Assembly (NCBI GenBank): GCA_002269645.1
Contig: NIVC01000166.1
Location: 434,001 to 498,000 of the forward strand
Source: Macrostomum lignano
Lineage: Eukaryota
Direction of reading: 5' to 3'
DNA: 64,000 nucleotides
The position numbers were made by a program, and so were the translations under genes. Position 1 is the stretch's first letter, and the number at the start of each line of letters is the position of its first letter. The notes beneath the pieces are model-generated. The model was not told the DNA's origin. It saw only the letters and a list, made by a program, of their open reading frames with translations, and searched no databases. Positions 1-13,571 of the stretch are shown one piece after another.

Positions 1-559
1 AGCCAGCCAAGCTCAGAGCCTTCAAGAGCTAGCTAACTGAAGCTATGAAAAGTCTGGCACTAGGAGCGAAAGCTTCTACCACTGGCACTGGTTGCAAATC
101 CTAGTTACCATTACCAATTGATGGGGACTATAATGCGATTAAAAGTGCCAAGTGCCTGGCTGATTTACTCCAGGTATCTCTCATTGGTGTGGCGCCCTGC
201 GGTGCAGACCATATCGTTTATTGTATTCCATGCTTTGACAGGTGCCGCAGAATTCCAAGCTTGCGTCTCGCAGCGGATTGTTCTGTGGAGGAAGCATTCT
301 TAAAAATGTAAGCTAGACTTAATTTTTAAGTTAATAAAATTTTGGCTTTAATGGTGAGATCATCAGGAGTATCAGTATCATCAGCTGCACTACATACATT
401 CCTACCATATTTTGCTTTTGTTTTAAAGGAACCTTGCTCGGAAAGGATTGATAAGCACGGGTCTGCTAATCTCGTCCGACAGAATGCACGAGTACCATAG
501 TGACCACTCAAAATTCTGTTTTTTTTCGGCAAATGTCGCTGATCATTTCTCCGGTGTCT

Positions 560-2585
560 CTGGCAAATATCACTTTGATGCTGTGAGAGATTTTCAAGCA
601 AATCTTCAATGACAAACATGCAACCAGAAGGTTGTAAGATCGCTGTTATGCAGCTGCATGTATATTATTCAAACTGCATCTGCTGGTATGCGCCTACAAA
701 GATTTGATATGCCTCCAAGCTGCGAATGATGCTCCAGTTGGCAACATTGGTCATGGCTTGTGAGTTATTAATACTTTTTAAATTCAATTTAATAAGTAAA
801 TAATAAGGAATAAGAATAATAAGTAGAGAATAAGTTGTTTTATATCAGCTTTGTTCTCAGTATGTAGATGTACGAGTATGGTAGGTACTTGATGTTTTCT
901 ATCTTTCATATCTCACTTTAAAGATGCACCATTTAAAATTCCATTCAGTGCCTTCTGCACAGAACTCTGGAGCCTGCTTGAATTTTGCCTAGACCAAGAC
1001 TCCTCAAGGTTCTTGCGGCAGGATCTTCCATCCACTGGACATCCACCATTAGTTTGCTTAACCTGCGACAAGAGTACGCCGAGCCACACGACAAACAAAG
1101 CAGCAATGATCCTGGCTAGAGACTTGACGGGCTGTGCTATGGCCATTCCAGCAGGAGCACCGGCTGTGTATGACAGTGCCATGGATGCCGAAGGAGAGGC
1201 GTTGGTTGGCCTGCTTCTGCAGTCGGTTGAAAAGCTGCGACTTCCACTGCGAAATGTTGCTGGCTTCGTTGCAGATGGCCAATACCATCAGAATAGGCCA
1301 TTTGTTCTAGCTCTGCATGACAAGTTGGGCTATGAAGAAAATGACCACAGCCTGCCAGTGTTTTGGGACACTGCCCATTTGCTAAACTTGGGAGTCAAAG
1401 AAGTGCAAAAATCTAAAGAGCTTGAGTTTTTTAAGCAGCTCATCAAGCGCGCAAATATTTTCCCAAAACTTTTTGGACACGGGCGCAGCTTTGCTGCCCT
1501 TGAAAAAGTTGCTAAAGAACAAGAAGATGCCAAAGAAAGGTTCAAGGCCAAGCGCATCTCAGCCTATGCTGCTCAATGCTTCCTGAGCTCTGCAATGAAG
1601 ATGTGGGATGCAATTGTAGATTTGTATGGCGTAAGATTTTTACCATGTGATTGACTAACTAACTGAAGTTTGAAGTTAATAACTGACATTTTTTATCTCA
1701 TTGCTACAGGCACTTCACGAGGCCTTTTGCTCAGAGCATCCTAACTACTGGGATGACGAGACTTTGCAGTACGAGCTCTTTGGCTATGACTTCCTCTTCG
1801 ATCTGCTCGGCCTCCTAGATTTGCTCGACCCTATCTGGAAGCTCATGGAGTTTGTGCAATACGGCGAGCAGCCGCATTGGAAGATGGCTCTTCTATGGCC
1901 AAATGTAGCCAGCTTTCTTGAATGCCATTCTCAAGGCTTCAATATTAATCACTATCCGTGGCTAAAACCTTGCTATAGCTCACTTTGCGAAGGTAGTGTG
2001 GTAGTTCCATGTCTTCTTTCCGCCAAACCTAGCTCATGCCTCATTAGTTTCTAATCTGTCCTGACCCTGTCAAACTTATTTCCATGATCTATTGACAATT
2101 TCTTAAAATAGACCTACAGACTATTGACTAAATTATCCCAAACAAGCAAATTCAAAATCAATTAGATTCAAATGAATTCAAATTAAATTCAAACATCAGG
2201 TGGAAAATTCTAAGGTATAACTTTGCTTCATGGCTGGCTTGTGGATGAAGACAGCTGTTGCGGAAGTTACAATTGGACTGCACGTAAACGGTCGGATGTG
2301 GAAACAGATTTCACATGACTTGCCGCTGCCCCGCTCAACAGCTTGGCATCACACATAAGAACATCAAATAAGCACTCTGCTAAGGCTACTGATGCCGCAG
2401 TAATGGATGCTGCTGCTGTTATTTTGCTACTGACGGACAATGATCCAGATGTTAGCATTGAACAGTTTACCACATCAAATGCGGTGAAGTGCTTCGTACA
2501 GCAGGCAGAATGGCATCAAAGCCTCGGCTTAAATTCACAGCTGGCCCGCAAATACATGGCCACCTACATTAGCACTATACACTAG
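560..2585 (+). mobile_element. Degenerate, intron-containing hAT-superfamily (ZNF862-like) transposase relic
   Basis: ORF 1013-1654 has LTCDKST (first catalytic D), FVADGQY (second D) and WDTAHLLNLGVKEV (CxxH-equivalent of hAT transposases). It continues after an acceptor at ~1709 (ALHEAF...LLDLLDPIWKL) and in 2343-2585. In-frame stops occur in upstream pieces. Family call is by motif recognition; no TIRs found. Confidence 0.6.
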
Positions 2586-5500
2586 ACATTTCTATCTGGT
2601 GAAGGCCAGGAATCGTGGCTTGTCCCAACCATTACAGGACCAATCATAAAAGTTGAGTGATCAAGGGCTGCAGACCAATTTTTGTTGCACGCACATCTCT
2701 GTGTGACAACAGAGTCCAGCCATCAGCACACAGTGCGACTCGACAAAGCGGTAGTGTATCAGTCGCTTTATTGCAATCCCTGTGTATTTAAACCTGCCAG
2801 TCAGGAGGCGTGCCATTTGCTGGATTTTGCTCTTCATTGTGGTGGGACAGGTACAGGCTTTTAAAGCTAAAAAATTCCAACATTCACTCTCTAACTGTGA
2901 CGTAAATGACACCAACTCACACACTATATTTTTAGAAGCGATTGTAAAGACTTTCTATGCAGTCATGCATTTGCAGGAGCAGCAGGGTGGTCAGACGAAC
3001 GCGACTCTGGCAACAAGACCTAAACTTTGATGGATGCTACCTCCAATCTATATGCCAGCATTGGAGCTGCTGCTGCATGAGGCTGCTTGAGCTTTTTACT
3101 CCAGGGACAAGGAGGCTGCAATCTGACCTCATCGTGGTCCCTTTTTTACAACCTCCAGCAGCGCGCATCTACAAAGTATGTTATAAGCAAAGTTGTAGAC
3201 CGGCATTGTAAGGCTGTTCCTCGCTGTCCATTTGTTGGGTGATACTACAAATTTGAACTGGCAGAAACGGAGTCTGATGATAACATTTGATTGCTATATA
3301 ATAACTACTAGGCCTAATACAAGGCACATTTTTTTTTCTTGGCACATATGCTGTTTTTACTTGGCGCACATGCTGTTTTTACTTGGCGCATGGCGCACAA
3401 TAAAAAAATTTACTGCCAATCTATTGCAGCGCACATGGCGCACTTTCCTGACCATGCTATGTATATAATCATTGATTGGATGAAAAGATCAATCAATTAA
3501 AAAGTTGGAGTTTTTTATTTGACATTTTTTAAAATTAAATTAAATAGAATTTTTAAGAGTAAAATGAAATCATTTTAAATTGTGGCCACAATTATATATA
3601 TGTAGCTAGGCCTACTGAAAAGGAAACATTTTTTCAATATATAGCTATTGTCTGTACTTTAAAATTTAGTGTTACTCAGTCTTATTCAAAAATTAAGTTA
3701 AATAAATTAAATAATTGTTTGACTTTAATTAAAAACTTAAAAAGTTCAAGACAAAAATTTCTATTTGCTAAAAAATTCAAATTAAAAAACTCCAAACCAT
3801 TTGGGATTCAAACCTTGCTATACACAATCTCAAGGCAACTGTCTTATCCACTAAGCTACTATTTGATTATAAGAGAGCCCTACAGAGCAGGCATTTTATA
3901 TTGATGATTATAGCCATGCTTATAAGCTCCAATATTATAGACATGGTCCCCGTGCCTATAAGTACTTTGATATTAATATATTAATATTAATAAGTTAACT
4001 TGCCTTCATTTTTAATAAACCATCTTTATTAGATACCATTTAAAATTTAAAATATTTTAATCTTATATTTAGGATTTTTTTTACCAAAATTTATCTAACC
4101 TAATGCATTTACCTAAATTGGAGCTTGATTGTTATTGTTAGTCATGACTCCAAATCATAGTCAATTCTTCTACTGTTCTACATTTTACTAATAATAACTT
4201 CAAGTTTAGACTAATTGATAGATAAAATACCTAAATTTAAGATCCGAAAATAAAGGATTTAATGATGCACACTTCTAGTAGGTTCTAGCTAGGTAGTTTC
4301 TAAATTCTAACTTATATAGTTATTTCTAGGCCTATTTTAAACATCAACTGTAAAAAATAAAGATCCAATACAGTTTACAGTTCTGAATTCTGGTCTAAAT
4401 GTCTGTCTGTCATATCTAGAAACCATGCATAATTATAAATAATTGAATATTAAATCCAGTTGGAACTTGTGAAGTGTGAAGTGTGAAGTGTTTTTAAATT
4501 AAAATGTTGTCATTTCGAGGAAAAAGTTTTTTTTCAAAAATTGCCAAATAAATTGTAATGTACAACCATTAAAGCAAATGTTTTAAATTTTCGTTTTAAA
4601 AAATAATTATTTCGACTTAACGCTGGCAATATATTCAAATAATACGAAAAAACAGCAAAATGAGTTAATCAATAAAATAATTGCGTCTATTCATACACGA
4701 TAAATATTATCGACATTTCGTGATTTAACATGTTTAACATGCAACAATTTTATCCGAAACACGTCACTTGTAGCCTTGAGTTGTATCTAGTGGTTTGCGG
4801 GCAATTCTATATGCATGCTAATAACACAAGTATACATACACATGTATCTATAGATACAGGATATATAATAGCCTTAACTTCAAATCATTAGGCATCTACA
4901 TTTTCTGAGTCTTTTAATTGTTAGTAGCGCCTTTTAGGTGTGAATTTTTATGCCACAGCTCTAAATCATATGCCATATGACTCACTCAAGATACATTCTA
5001 TAATCAAACTAAAGATAAAGGTTGTAATTTGTGATCTAATGGCAATGCAAAAATTTTCTCCATAATTCACTATGACCTGGACATAGGGAGTTATAAAGAA
5101 TGGCAGCAATAGTTTAACTTATTACTTATTAGCAGTAACTAGTATTAACTTATTTATGTATTGTATAGGGCCTAGCCTATATAATATAGAATGACTGAGC
5201 CTGTATTATTTGAATTTTAGCCTCTACCACTCCAACTATATAATGTTTAATTTTTAATAAGTCTAAATCCATTGATTTAGTCCCTAACCCTGGAACTAAG
5301 ACTTAAATGCATAGTTGAAAAGCACATTGTATGCCTGCTAGCTATCAGTCAAAATGCTTATCCTAGACAACACAATGACTGCAACCTAGCAGAAAATATT
5401 ATATAGTTATAAGTGCTTGATGTTGTCTAGGTATGATTTATATTGAAAGTAAAGAAAGTGGGTAAATATAAATTAATTTAAGAAACTAGGACATTGCCTT

Positions 5501-5863
5501 TTTATTATACTTATAAAAGGATAGCAAGAAATAGGTAAAAATTCATTTATTTTTATTGCATTATGTTATGCCTATCTCTAATTAGGTTCTAATGGTCTTT
5601 TAATCTATTTTTTTATGATAGCAAGATAGCAAGACCCTACAATCTTGTTGGTAAGGACAGTTGGCTTGTTAGGGTCTACAAAATAAAGTTGATAATTTAT
5701 AGTTTCAAGCTAGAAAAAGCTAGTAAATATAAATAAAAAATATAGTAAACTATGAGTTTGCCAAACATCTATATCTAGCTTTCCATAGCCATGTCTAAAG
5801 AATACTAGAAAATAAGCAAAACTTTACTAAATTTACTATTTGGCTTAGCTAGATAAAAATAAT

Positions 5864-5944
5864 AAGTCTTGACTATACTACTGACGGGGGGCGCAGGCGC
5901 CACAAATAGGCCATGAGGCCCCTATCGCAAAAGTCTTGACTATA
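5864..5944 (-). mobile_element. 53-bp GC-rich insert flanked by a 14-bp target-site duplication (probable 5'-truncated retroposon tail)
   Basis: AAGTCTTGACTATA occurs at 5864-5877 and 5931-5944 around the GC-rich 5878-5930, in very AT-rich DNA. The minus strand ends ...CCCCCCGTCAGTAG. Confidence 0.6.
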
Positions 5945-6324
5945 TACATGTATTATAATTTTAATAATAAACTGATTAGATTTTAGGATAATGAGCAATG
6001 TTTTTCAACCTAGGCTATTTGTCAAATTATGCTTTGTCATCTGCATAATGCTATTAAAATTACTATACTAATTGAATTTTTTGTAAACCTTTTTTGTTAT
6101 AGTAATTTATTGGCATTCTTAAACATTTTGTTACTTGTCAATGTCTTCTTTTTGAGAACTTGCTAAATATAGAACATTTATTTCATTAAACTGTTTGTGT
6201 TCTAAGTAAAAGGATTAGTTAGTTTTGTTTTAAATTTTGCATATGACCCTGGCAAACAAATTTAAATCATTACAGTACATTTTATAGCTCCATTTCTAGC
6301 AAATTTCTTGTCAGTGAAGCCAGC

Positions 6325-9160
6325 ATGGTGCAAATCAAAGAAAGCATTGAATTGCTGCTAAAAATTCTGCACAGCTTTGGCTTCAGTCGTATGAAAGCGG
6401 AGACATTTCGGCTGGCAAAGTTCAACGAGCCTGGAGCTGTCAAAGAGCTCTGGCGTCTGCTGTTTGAAACCATCTACTATGTGAAATATGGCGATGTGGA
6501 TGAGGTCTGCGTCCGGGCATCCACCTCCTTCACTAGTCAGGAGCTGGTTGTATTTCTCAAACGGGAGCTCACCAGGCTGGGGTTCTATTGTCGAGATTTC
6601 GATCTGCTGCCGGAGGATCAGGTGAGCCATGCACTATGGGATTCTACATAGTTAAATAGGATTCTAAATAGTTGAAAATTTTAACTATTTAAACAGAGTT
6701 CGGGCTCCCGTGAGCTTCTGTTGGCATTCGGCTGGCTGGCTTGCAAGGAGACTTTGCTCCAGCGCTTTGCTCGCCAGCTCACTTCTCCGCTGGACTTTGA
6801 GCATTTTGAGCAGTCGGATTCGTTTACTCGCAGGCAGAATGGAGCTTCGCAGGGTGAGGCGCCAGTCAGCGGTCTGTCTGGCGATGTGTGCAACGATCTC
6901 AAACAGCTGGTCTGGCTCAATGGCAAGCTGAGGATGACTCTGAAACAGCTGCAGGTAAAACTTGCGCCCAGTGTGATTGGCTGGTTAGAGATGACTTGCG
7001 TAGTCGTTCTCTGATTGGCTGGTTAAAGAGGACTTGCGTAGTCGCTCTCTGGCTGGTTAAAGAGGACTTGCGTAGTCGCTCTCTGGCTGGTTAAAGAGGA
7101 CTTGCGTAGTCGCTCTCTGATTGGCTGGTTAAAGAGGACTTGCGTAGTCGCTTTCTGATTGGCTGGTTTAAGAGGACTTGCTTACGGTAGTCGCTCTCTG
7201 ATTGGCTGGTCAGAGATGACTTGCGTAGTCGTTCTCTGATTGACTGGTTAAAGAGGACTTGCGTAGTCGCTCTCTGATTGGCTGGTTAGAGAGGACTTGC
7301 GTAGTCGTTCTCTGATTGGCTGGTTAAGAGACGACTTGCTTAGTCGCTCTCTGATTGGCTTATCAATGCACGAGCAAAGCAAAAGCGACAAATTATATTT
7401 CTTTTTCAGGCGGCCACCAAGGCGGGAGCCAGCAAGGCGCAGGCGGTGGCCGCAGCATCTGGCGGTCGCCGGACACCATTGGAACTGTTTTTGGCCCGGC
7501 ACCCGGACATGCTGAGCCGAAATCTGCAGCTACTCGAACGGGACAATGAGCGGTTGCAGTGCCTGTTGCGGTGGAAAGATTTCGAAGAGGAATTCTGGTT
7601 GTGGATGGAGAGCGTGTTGGACTTAAAGGTGGGCTGTGCTGATACAGATGACCTACACCTGAGTCTAGATTCTAATCCCACACCTGAGTCTAGATTCTAA
7701 TCCCACATCTGAGTCTAGATTCTAATCCCACACCTGAGTCTAGATTCTAATCCCACACCTGAGTCTAGATTACAATCCCACACCTGAGTGTAGTTTTAAT
7801 CCCACACTTGAGACTAGATTTTAATCCCACACCTGAGTGTAGTTTTAATCCCACACTTGAGACTAGATTTTAATCCCACACCTGAGTCTAGATTCTAATT
7901 CCACACCTGAGTACAGATTCTCATCCCACACTTGAGTTTAGATTCGCATCCCACACCTGAAGGATTATTATCCTGTCGTAAAACCCCATCAGGTTCAGGA
8001 GGCCGAAGCTGCCGCTGCCGACTACGCTGAGTCATTCGAAGAAGGTGGCGATACAGCCGCAACTGCGGCCGCCCCCGAGACGACTTCAACTTCGCTGACC
8101 GAGGCGCACAAGAGGCTGCACGACTCGCTAGTGAAGTACGAGTGCATCGCCGAGCTGCTTGAAACGCAGTGGCGCGAACGGAGTCTGCGAGTGTCGCCTC
8201 AGGAGCTGGATCTCATGATTGGACAGGTGAGCTTTGCGTTGGCTTTTAGCGTAATGCTCTGATTGGTCAGGAGAAGAGTTTAGTGGCTTGTCGCTTTCTG
8301 ATTGGTCAGGAGAAAATCTAGTAGATTGTCGCTCTCTGATTGGTCAGATAAGAATCTAGTAGATTGCCGCTTTCTAATTGATCAGGAGAGAATCTAGTAG
8401 ATTGTCGCTCTCTAATTGGTCAGGAGAGAATCTAGTAGATTGTCACTTTCTGATAGGTCAGCAGAGACCCTAGCATATTGCCGCTCAGGAGAGAACCTAG
8501 CAGATTACCGCTCTCTGATTGGTCAGCAGAGATTCTAGCAGATTGCCACTCTCTGATTGGTCAGCAGAGATTCTAGCAGATTGCCACTCTCTGATTGGTC
8601 AGGAGAAAATCTAGTAGATTGCCACTCTCTGATTTGTCAGGAGTGAACCTAGCAGATTGCTGCTCTCTGATTGGTCAGGAGAAAATCTAGTAGATTGCCA
8701 CTCTCTGATTGGTCAGGAGTGAACCTAGTAGATTGCCACTCTCTGATTTGTCAGGAGTGAAGCTAGCAGATTGCCGCTATCTGATTGGTCAGGAGAGAAC
8801 TAATAAAAGCTTTAAAGATTATCAATAAATTTCGCTGCCAAAATCCTCGCCCAGGTGGACAGGGAGATCGGGCATTTCGCCGAGCACTACGAGCGCCTGG
8901 CCGCGGAGCCGGAGTGCCCGGCAGCTTACTACGCCGAGCACTCTCTGCCGGCGGAGCCGGGCCAGTGGCTCAGCGAATCTCTGATCGCCCGAATGCCCGA
9001 AGCCGAATCGAAAATGGAACGCGAAATTCAACGCCTGGAATCTGTGCTGGCCAAATTGGAATTCGATGTGGAAAAGAATTATTCGGAGTTCAAGACGGAT
9101 TTGCAGACGGCTAGTAGGCAGAACTGTGACAGTCTGCTGATCTTTGATCCTGTGCGCTGA
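6325..9160 (+). CDS. TEDC1: Tubulin epsilon and delta complex protein 1 (C14orf80-like), 5 exons
   Basis: Exons 6325-6621, 6697-6954, 7410-7628, 7993-8226, 8855-9160, all GT-AG, phase 0 and in frame. Motifs ETFRLAKFNEPGAVKELWRLLF, GSRELLLAFGWL and LERDNERLQCLLRWKDFEEEFWLWMESVL match my recollection of human TEDC1 (EIFRRAKFDRPEATSALWQLLF, GSRELLLALSWL, LERENQRLEAVLAWRRSELVFWRWMDTVL). Confidence 0.9.
6969..7360. repeat. ~36-40-bp minisatellite in TEDC1 intron 2
   Basis: Repeats of CTCTGATTGGCTGGTTAAAGAGGACTTGCGTAGTCG. Confidence 0.95.
7652..7955. repeat. 27-bp minisatellite in TEDC1 intron 3
   Basis: Repeats of CACCTGAGTCTAGATTCTAATCCCACA. Confidence 0.95.
8255..8795. repeat. ~38-bp minisatellite in TEDC1 intron 4
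   Basis: Repeats of CTCTCTGATTGGTCAGGAGAGAATCTAGTAGATTGCCA. Confidence 0.95.
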
Positions 9161-9379
9161 GCCTGGGACTGGCTGAATGGCGGTGGAGAAGAATCCGCGG
9201 CTGTTGCATCCTGATTTGTCCTTTTATGTTCTTCACATGCGAATAATTTCCCTTTGATTCTGGAATCTTAGTTACTAATCATGAAACAAATATTCATAGA
9301 GTTAATCCCTTAATACCTTCCATATTCCTACTCGGCACACCTAGTAGTCCTCTAATCCTCAAATAGTTCCCCGATCTGC

Positions 9380-9660
9380 ATCCCTAATTGTTCCCTAATG
9401 TACATCCCTAATAGTTACTTTTAATTAATGTACATTCAAAATATTTACTTAATTGACATCCCTAATAGTTTCCTAATGTACATCTCTAATAGTTCCCTAA
9501 TAACCATCCCTAATGTACCTCCCTAATAGTTACTTAATGTGCATGCCTAATAGTTACCTATAGTTACCTAATTACCATCCCTAATAGCTACCTAATTGCA
9601 TCCCTAATAGTTACCTAACTACATCCCTGAATAGTAACCACCTAATTTGTTTTCTCAATA
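9380..9660. repeat. Degenerate CCCTAATAGTT-core repeat
   Basis: Recurrent CATCCCTAATAGTT(A/C)C motif. Confidence 0.7.
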
Positions 9661-10287
9661 TTCTCTAATCCGCACTCATAATATTCCTTCTAATCTGAAT
9701 CCCTAAGTTTCCATTAATCCCCATAAAAATCTTCCGAGCCAATACTTAATCTTTATCGTTAGTTGTTATACCAATATCTTAACCATTTTTAAAAAACTTA
9801 TAGCAGAAGTTTTTTTTTCATTTTCGTTTTTTAATGCACACTAAATGAAATCAGCTTTTCTGTGGTTTTGATATCACCGTCATTCCTTCTTTGCACCGCT
9901 CTGTTATATTGGCACGTTTAGAACGTACTACGCACTATATTGTATATTGCATGTGTACATAGACCTGTAAGCTGCACAATGCCTCTGGTCACTTATCTTT
10001 TTTTATTATCTGTGCTGTGTAACTTATTGCCTTGTAGAAAAGCTGTTCTTTTAAATAAATTATAAACTGTGTTTATATCCGAACAGGTCTACTACTTAGC
10101 TTTTAGTTTAGTAGTATTTGCGACAAAAACATTTTCGCGTTAATATTGCCTCCTTCTCTTATGTCTGTCTGTGCATTGGCCTAGAAAATGCCACTTATTT
10201 ACATTAGTTCTGTACTACATTTGCATCGTTGTGTCACCTTGCGCGTTTCAAAATCGGGCGAGTCGCCTTGATGATAATAAGCCTACC

Positions 10288-10665
10288 CCAGTTTCCTACC
10301 ATGTCAACCCCCACCCCAGTTTCCTATCCCCGTCAACCTCCACCCCAGCTTCCTACCCCCGCCAACCCCCACCCCAGTTTCCTAACCCCGCCAACCTCCA
10401 CCCCAGTTTCCTACCCCCGCCAACCTCCACCCCAGTTTCCTACCCCCGCCAACCCCCACCCCAGTTTCCTACCCCCGCCAACCCCCACCCCAGTTTCCTA
10501 CCCCTGCCAACCCCACCCCAGTTTCCTACCCCCGCCAACCCCCACCCCAGTTTCCTACCCCCACCAACCCCCACCCCAGTTTCCTACCCCTGCCAACCCC
10601 ACCCCAGTTTCCTACCCCCGCCAACCCCCACCCCAGTTTCCTACCCCCGCAAACCCCCACCCAGT
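10288..10665. repeat. C-rich ~30-bp minisatellite
   Basis: Repeats of CCCACCCCAGTTTCCTACCCCCGCCAACCC; the proline-rich ORFs here are by-products. Confidence 0.95.
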
Positions 10666-11289
10666 TTCCAATTTTATTCAGCCTTCTTTGTAGTCTCTCG
10701 TAGACTCTCAGTAAAGTAATAAATACAAGCGTCACATTCCAAGGAGCAGGTTTCTAAAATAAAATATTTTTACCATGACGTTAGGCTGTGCTGCAATCAA
10801 TGTTTACGCAACTGTAGTTCCAATGTAAAAATTTAGACTAGACTAGATAAGCTTGCACTAATATTTGCACTCATAAATTGCTAATTTTAGCATTCAAATC
10901 GTTTGCTGTTATTGTGCAATTTTGATTTGTGTTTTTTTTCTGTTGTTCATTCGGCAGCACCGTTATTCAGCGCAGGAAAGAAAATCTCGGAAAATTTATA
11001 AATAAACAGCCTAAAAGATTTATTGTGAGCTTTACTAATCTGCCGTCCTTTGCGAATCGTTAAAATTTAACTTAAAGTTCAACTTACTAAAGAAGAATCC
11101 ATGTCTTTTGCGTGTCAAAGTTCTTTGCAGGTGGTGGGTGGCAATACAGGTAGTTGCTATTAAAATTCCATTGCAAAAGTATTAAATTTTTTTTACTTTT
11201 GCGCTAGATGCACAGTGACATCTTCCAACTGACGGAGACAATCGCTAATTAGGTACAGACTAGAGATAGTCTTCTTTCTTAGAGACAAA

Positions 11290-11765
11290 AGTTCCTTAAT
11301 CCACATCCCTATAATAGTCCCCATAATCTAAATTCCTAATAGTCCCCATAATCTAAATTCCTAATAGTCCCCTAAAACGCATCCCTAATAGTCCCCTAAA
11401 CCGCATCCTTAAAATCCCTTAATCCACATCCCTAACAATCCCCTAATCCACATCCCTAATAGTCCCCTAATCCAGATCTCCAATAGTTCCCTAATCCACA
11501 TCCCTAATAGTTCCCTAATCCACATCTCTAATAGTTCCCTAATCCACATCCCTAATAGTCCCCTAATCCGTATCCCTAATAGTCCCCTAAACCGCATCCT
11601 TAAAATCCCTTAATACACATCCCTAACAATACCCTAGTCCGTATCCCTAATAGTCCCTTAATCCGTATCCCTAATAGTCCCCTAAACCGCATCCTTAAAA
11701 TCCCTTAATACACATCCCTAACAATCCCCTAATCCGCATCCCTAAAAGTCCCTAATCCGCATTCC
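11290..11765. repeat. ~24-bp CCCTAA-core minisatellite
   Basis: Repeats of ATCCCTAATAGTCCCCTAATCCAC. Confidence 0.9.
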
Positions 11766-12070
11766 GCTTAAAATTGACTGCAGCTGCATATGATCTACGT
11801 ACTTATCGAAATACCGAATCGCCCATAGCAACAAGCTGGGAAACATTCTAATCAGCTCAGCAGGAGATCCCACAAACGAGTGACACAAGCTCTGAAGCGC
11901 CTGCTATTGGCTGCAGGATGGAGCGGAGAATGCGACAGGAGCATAGTAAAGCGACATCAGGAGCGGAGTGTACAAATATTCAACCAGCAACTATCGGTAA
12001 GCTCGATCATTGTAGGATGGAATCATTCTGCGAAGCCTTTTTCTGGTATCGAAAGCAACGCCGCGCAATG

Positions 12071-12822
12071 CATGGCAACGGCTGTCCTCTTCTGCTCCTT
12101 CTGTTCATCCTCCCAGCCGTCGCCCAAGCCGGCAGCGAGTTGCACAGCGGAGTGTTGCTCGGCGGCTGCCTGGTGCCGCAGACTCCGCAGCACTCTCGCT
12201 GTCGGCCTCGAGCGCCGGCATGTGCGCCTTCCTGTGCACTCAGCTCCGCCGGCCCTGCGTCGGCTGGAGCCACCGACATGTCTGCAACATGTCGGACAGC
12301 CTGCAACCGGCCAGTCTGACGAACGACACCGACTGCCAGGCGTGGAGCGCCCTGCTCCAGCTCGACTTCATCGCCTTCTGGCCCATGAGCAACGCCACTC
12401 GGACTCGCAATGCGGTCTCGAACAGCGGCCATCTCGACCTGCAGGGGAAATCCCGATGGAGTACACGGACAATGCCGTCAACTTCACTGGCCAGTTGGAT
12501 GTGTCAGAGCGCTTCAACATTGACCAGCTGGCTTCGGTGTGTCTCACCAGCTTCACCCTGTCCATGTGGGTCAAGTTCACCAACCCATCGAGAAACATTA
12601 TGCCACTTATTGAGGGCCTCATCATGCCTGGTGCATTTTACCCGCGAATCTGGCTTGAGCTGTCTTTGTCTCGCTTCCAGTTCTTTGTTCTGTCTCCAGA
12701 CTCTCACACTTATTCCTGTTTCAATTGATAATGAGACCGGCTGGACTCACGTCACGACCGTGTACGACAGGACGACACCGGCACAAGGACAACTTAAGTA
12801 CGAGCTACACTCGAAATCTATG
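12071..12822 (+). pseudogene. Secreted PAN/apple-like plus LamG-like protein; three frameshifts (pseudogene or base-call errors)
   Basis: A signal peptide (MHGNGCPLLLLLFILPAVAQA) is in one frame; CAFLC..CVGWSH..C and FIAFWPMS...SGHLDLQG in a second; NAVNFTG...FTLSMWVKF in a third; then GWTHVTTVYD back in the second. One shift lies in a GGGG run near 12445. GT donor at ~12823. Confidence 0.55.
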
Positions 12823-13414
12823 GTAAATGTTTTGAAGGCAACTTTTCGCCGAGAAATACACTACAGAGATAGGGGGTTTTAATTTTTTCAGCATAAAAAT
12901 TGCTATTGCTTTTGATAGAAGGCAGATCCAGTGTTCATCTTTTCATTTGTTATGCCTTTCCTATTGCCCTATCGATATTCATAAAGCATTTCGTTCAGAA
13001 ATAGTTTTAAAGGCAAGGTTTCAACCGGAAAAATACGGAGATAAGAAATTTAACGATTTTCAACACTAAAACAGTGATTGGGTCTCTTAACAGGGTCAGA
13101 GAAAGTCCTAATCACACTATTTTGTGCCTCACATGCTGCTCTAACGACGCATTAACCGATTTTTCATGTTAAATTGGTCTTGTCATTATTTTAAACGTTT
13201 TTTTTCAAGTGCTGATTAAACGGAGTCAACTGGGATACTGAGAATACGGCTCTTCAGCGTTTCCAGCTTGTGTATGTTTTGGATCACTTTACAATCATTA
13301 AAAAATTTTAACTAAGCCGGGCACTAAGCCTAGTGAAAAATATTTTAGGCACGAATTTAACAGACCCCCTTTTTTGTTTGGGATCAAATTTGGGACCTTG
13401 TTAGTCAGACACAC

Positions 13415-13530
13415 ACACAGGTGCACACTCACACAGGAGTGTACAGCGGCCCTAACTTTATTTATCGTTTGGCATGTAAACTTTTCACTGTGTGCCTTGG
13501 CAGTTGGCCCTCAAGGCGGCAGTTAATCTG
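13415..13530 (-). mobile_element. Internal fragment of the SINE family also at 50585-50932 and 56185-56440
   Basis: CACACTCACACAGGAGTGTACAGCGGCCCTAACTTTATT...TTGGC(C/T)CTCAAGGC is shared with ~50705-50805. Confidence 0.8.
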
Positions 13531-13571
13531 CCTTGATTTGGCGGAAGTTGCTTGTTGCTACTTGCCGTAGT

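Noticed and set aside
2600-3330. Moderately GC-rich stretch with short ORFs on both strands
   Set aside because: Frequent stops and no motif I can assign; possibly an old element.
10171-10719. Proline-rich extensin-like ORFs
   Set aside because: Translations of a C-rich minisatellite.
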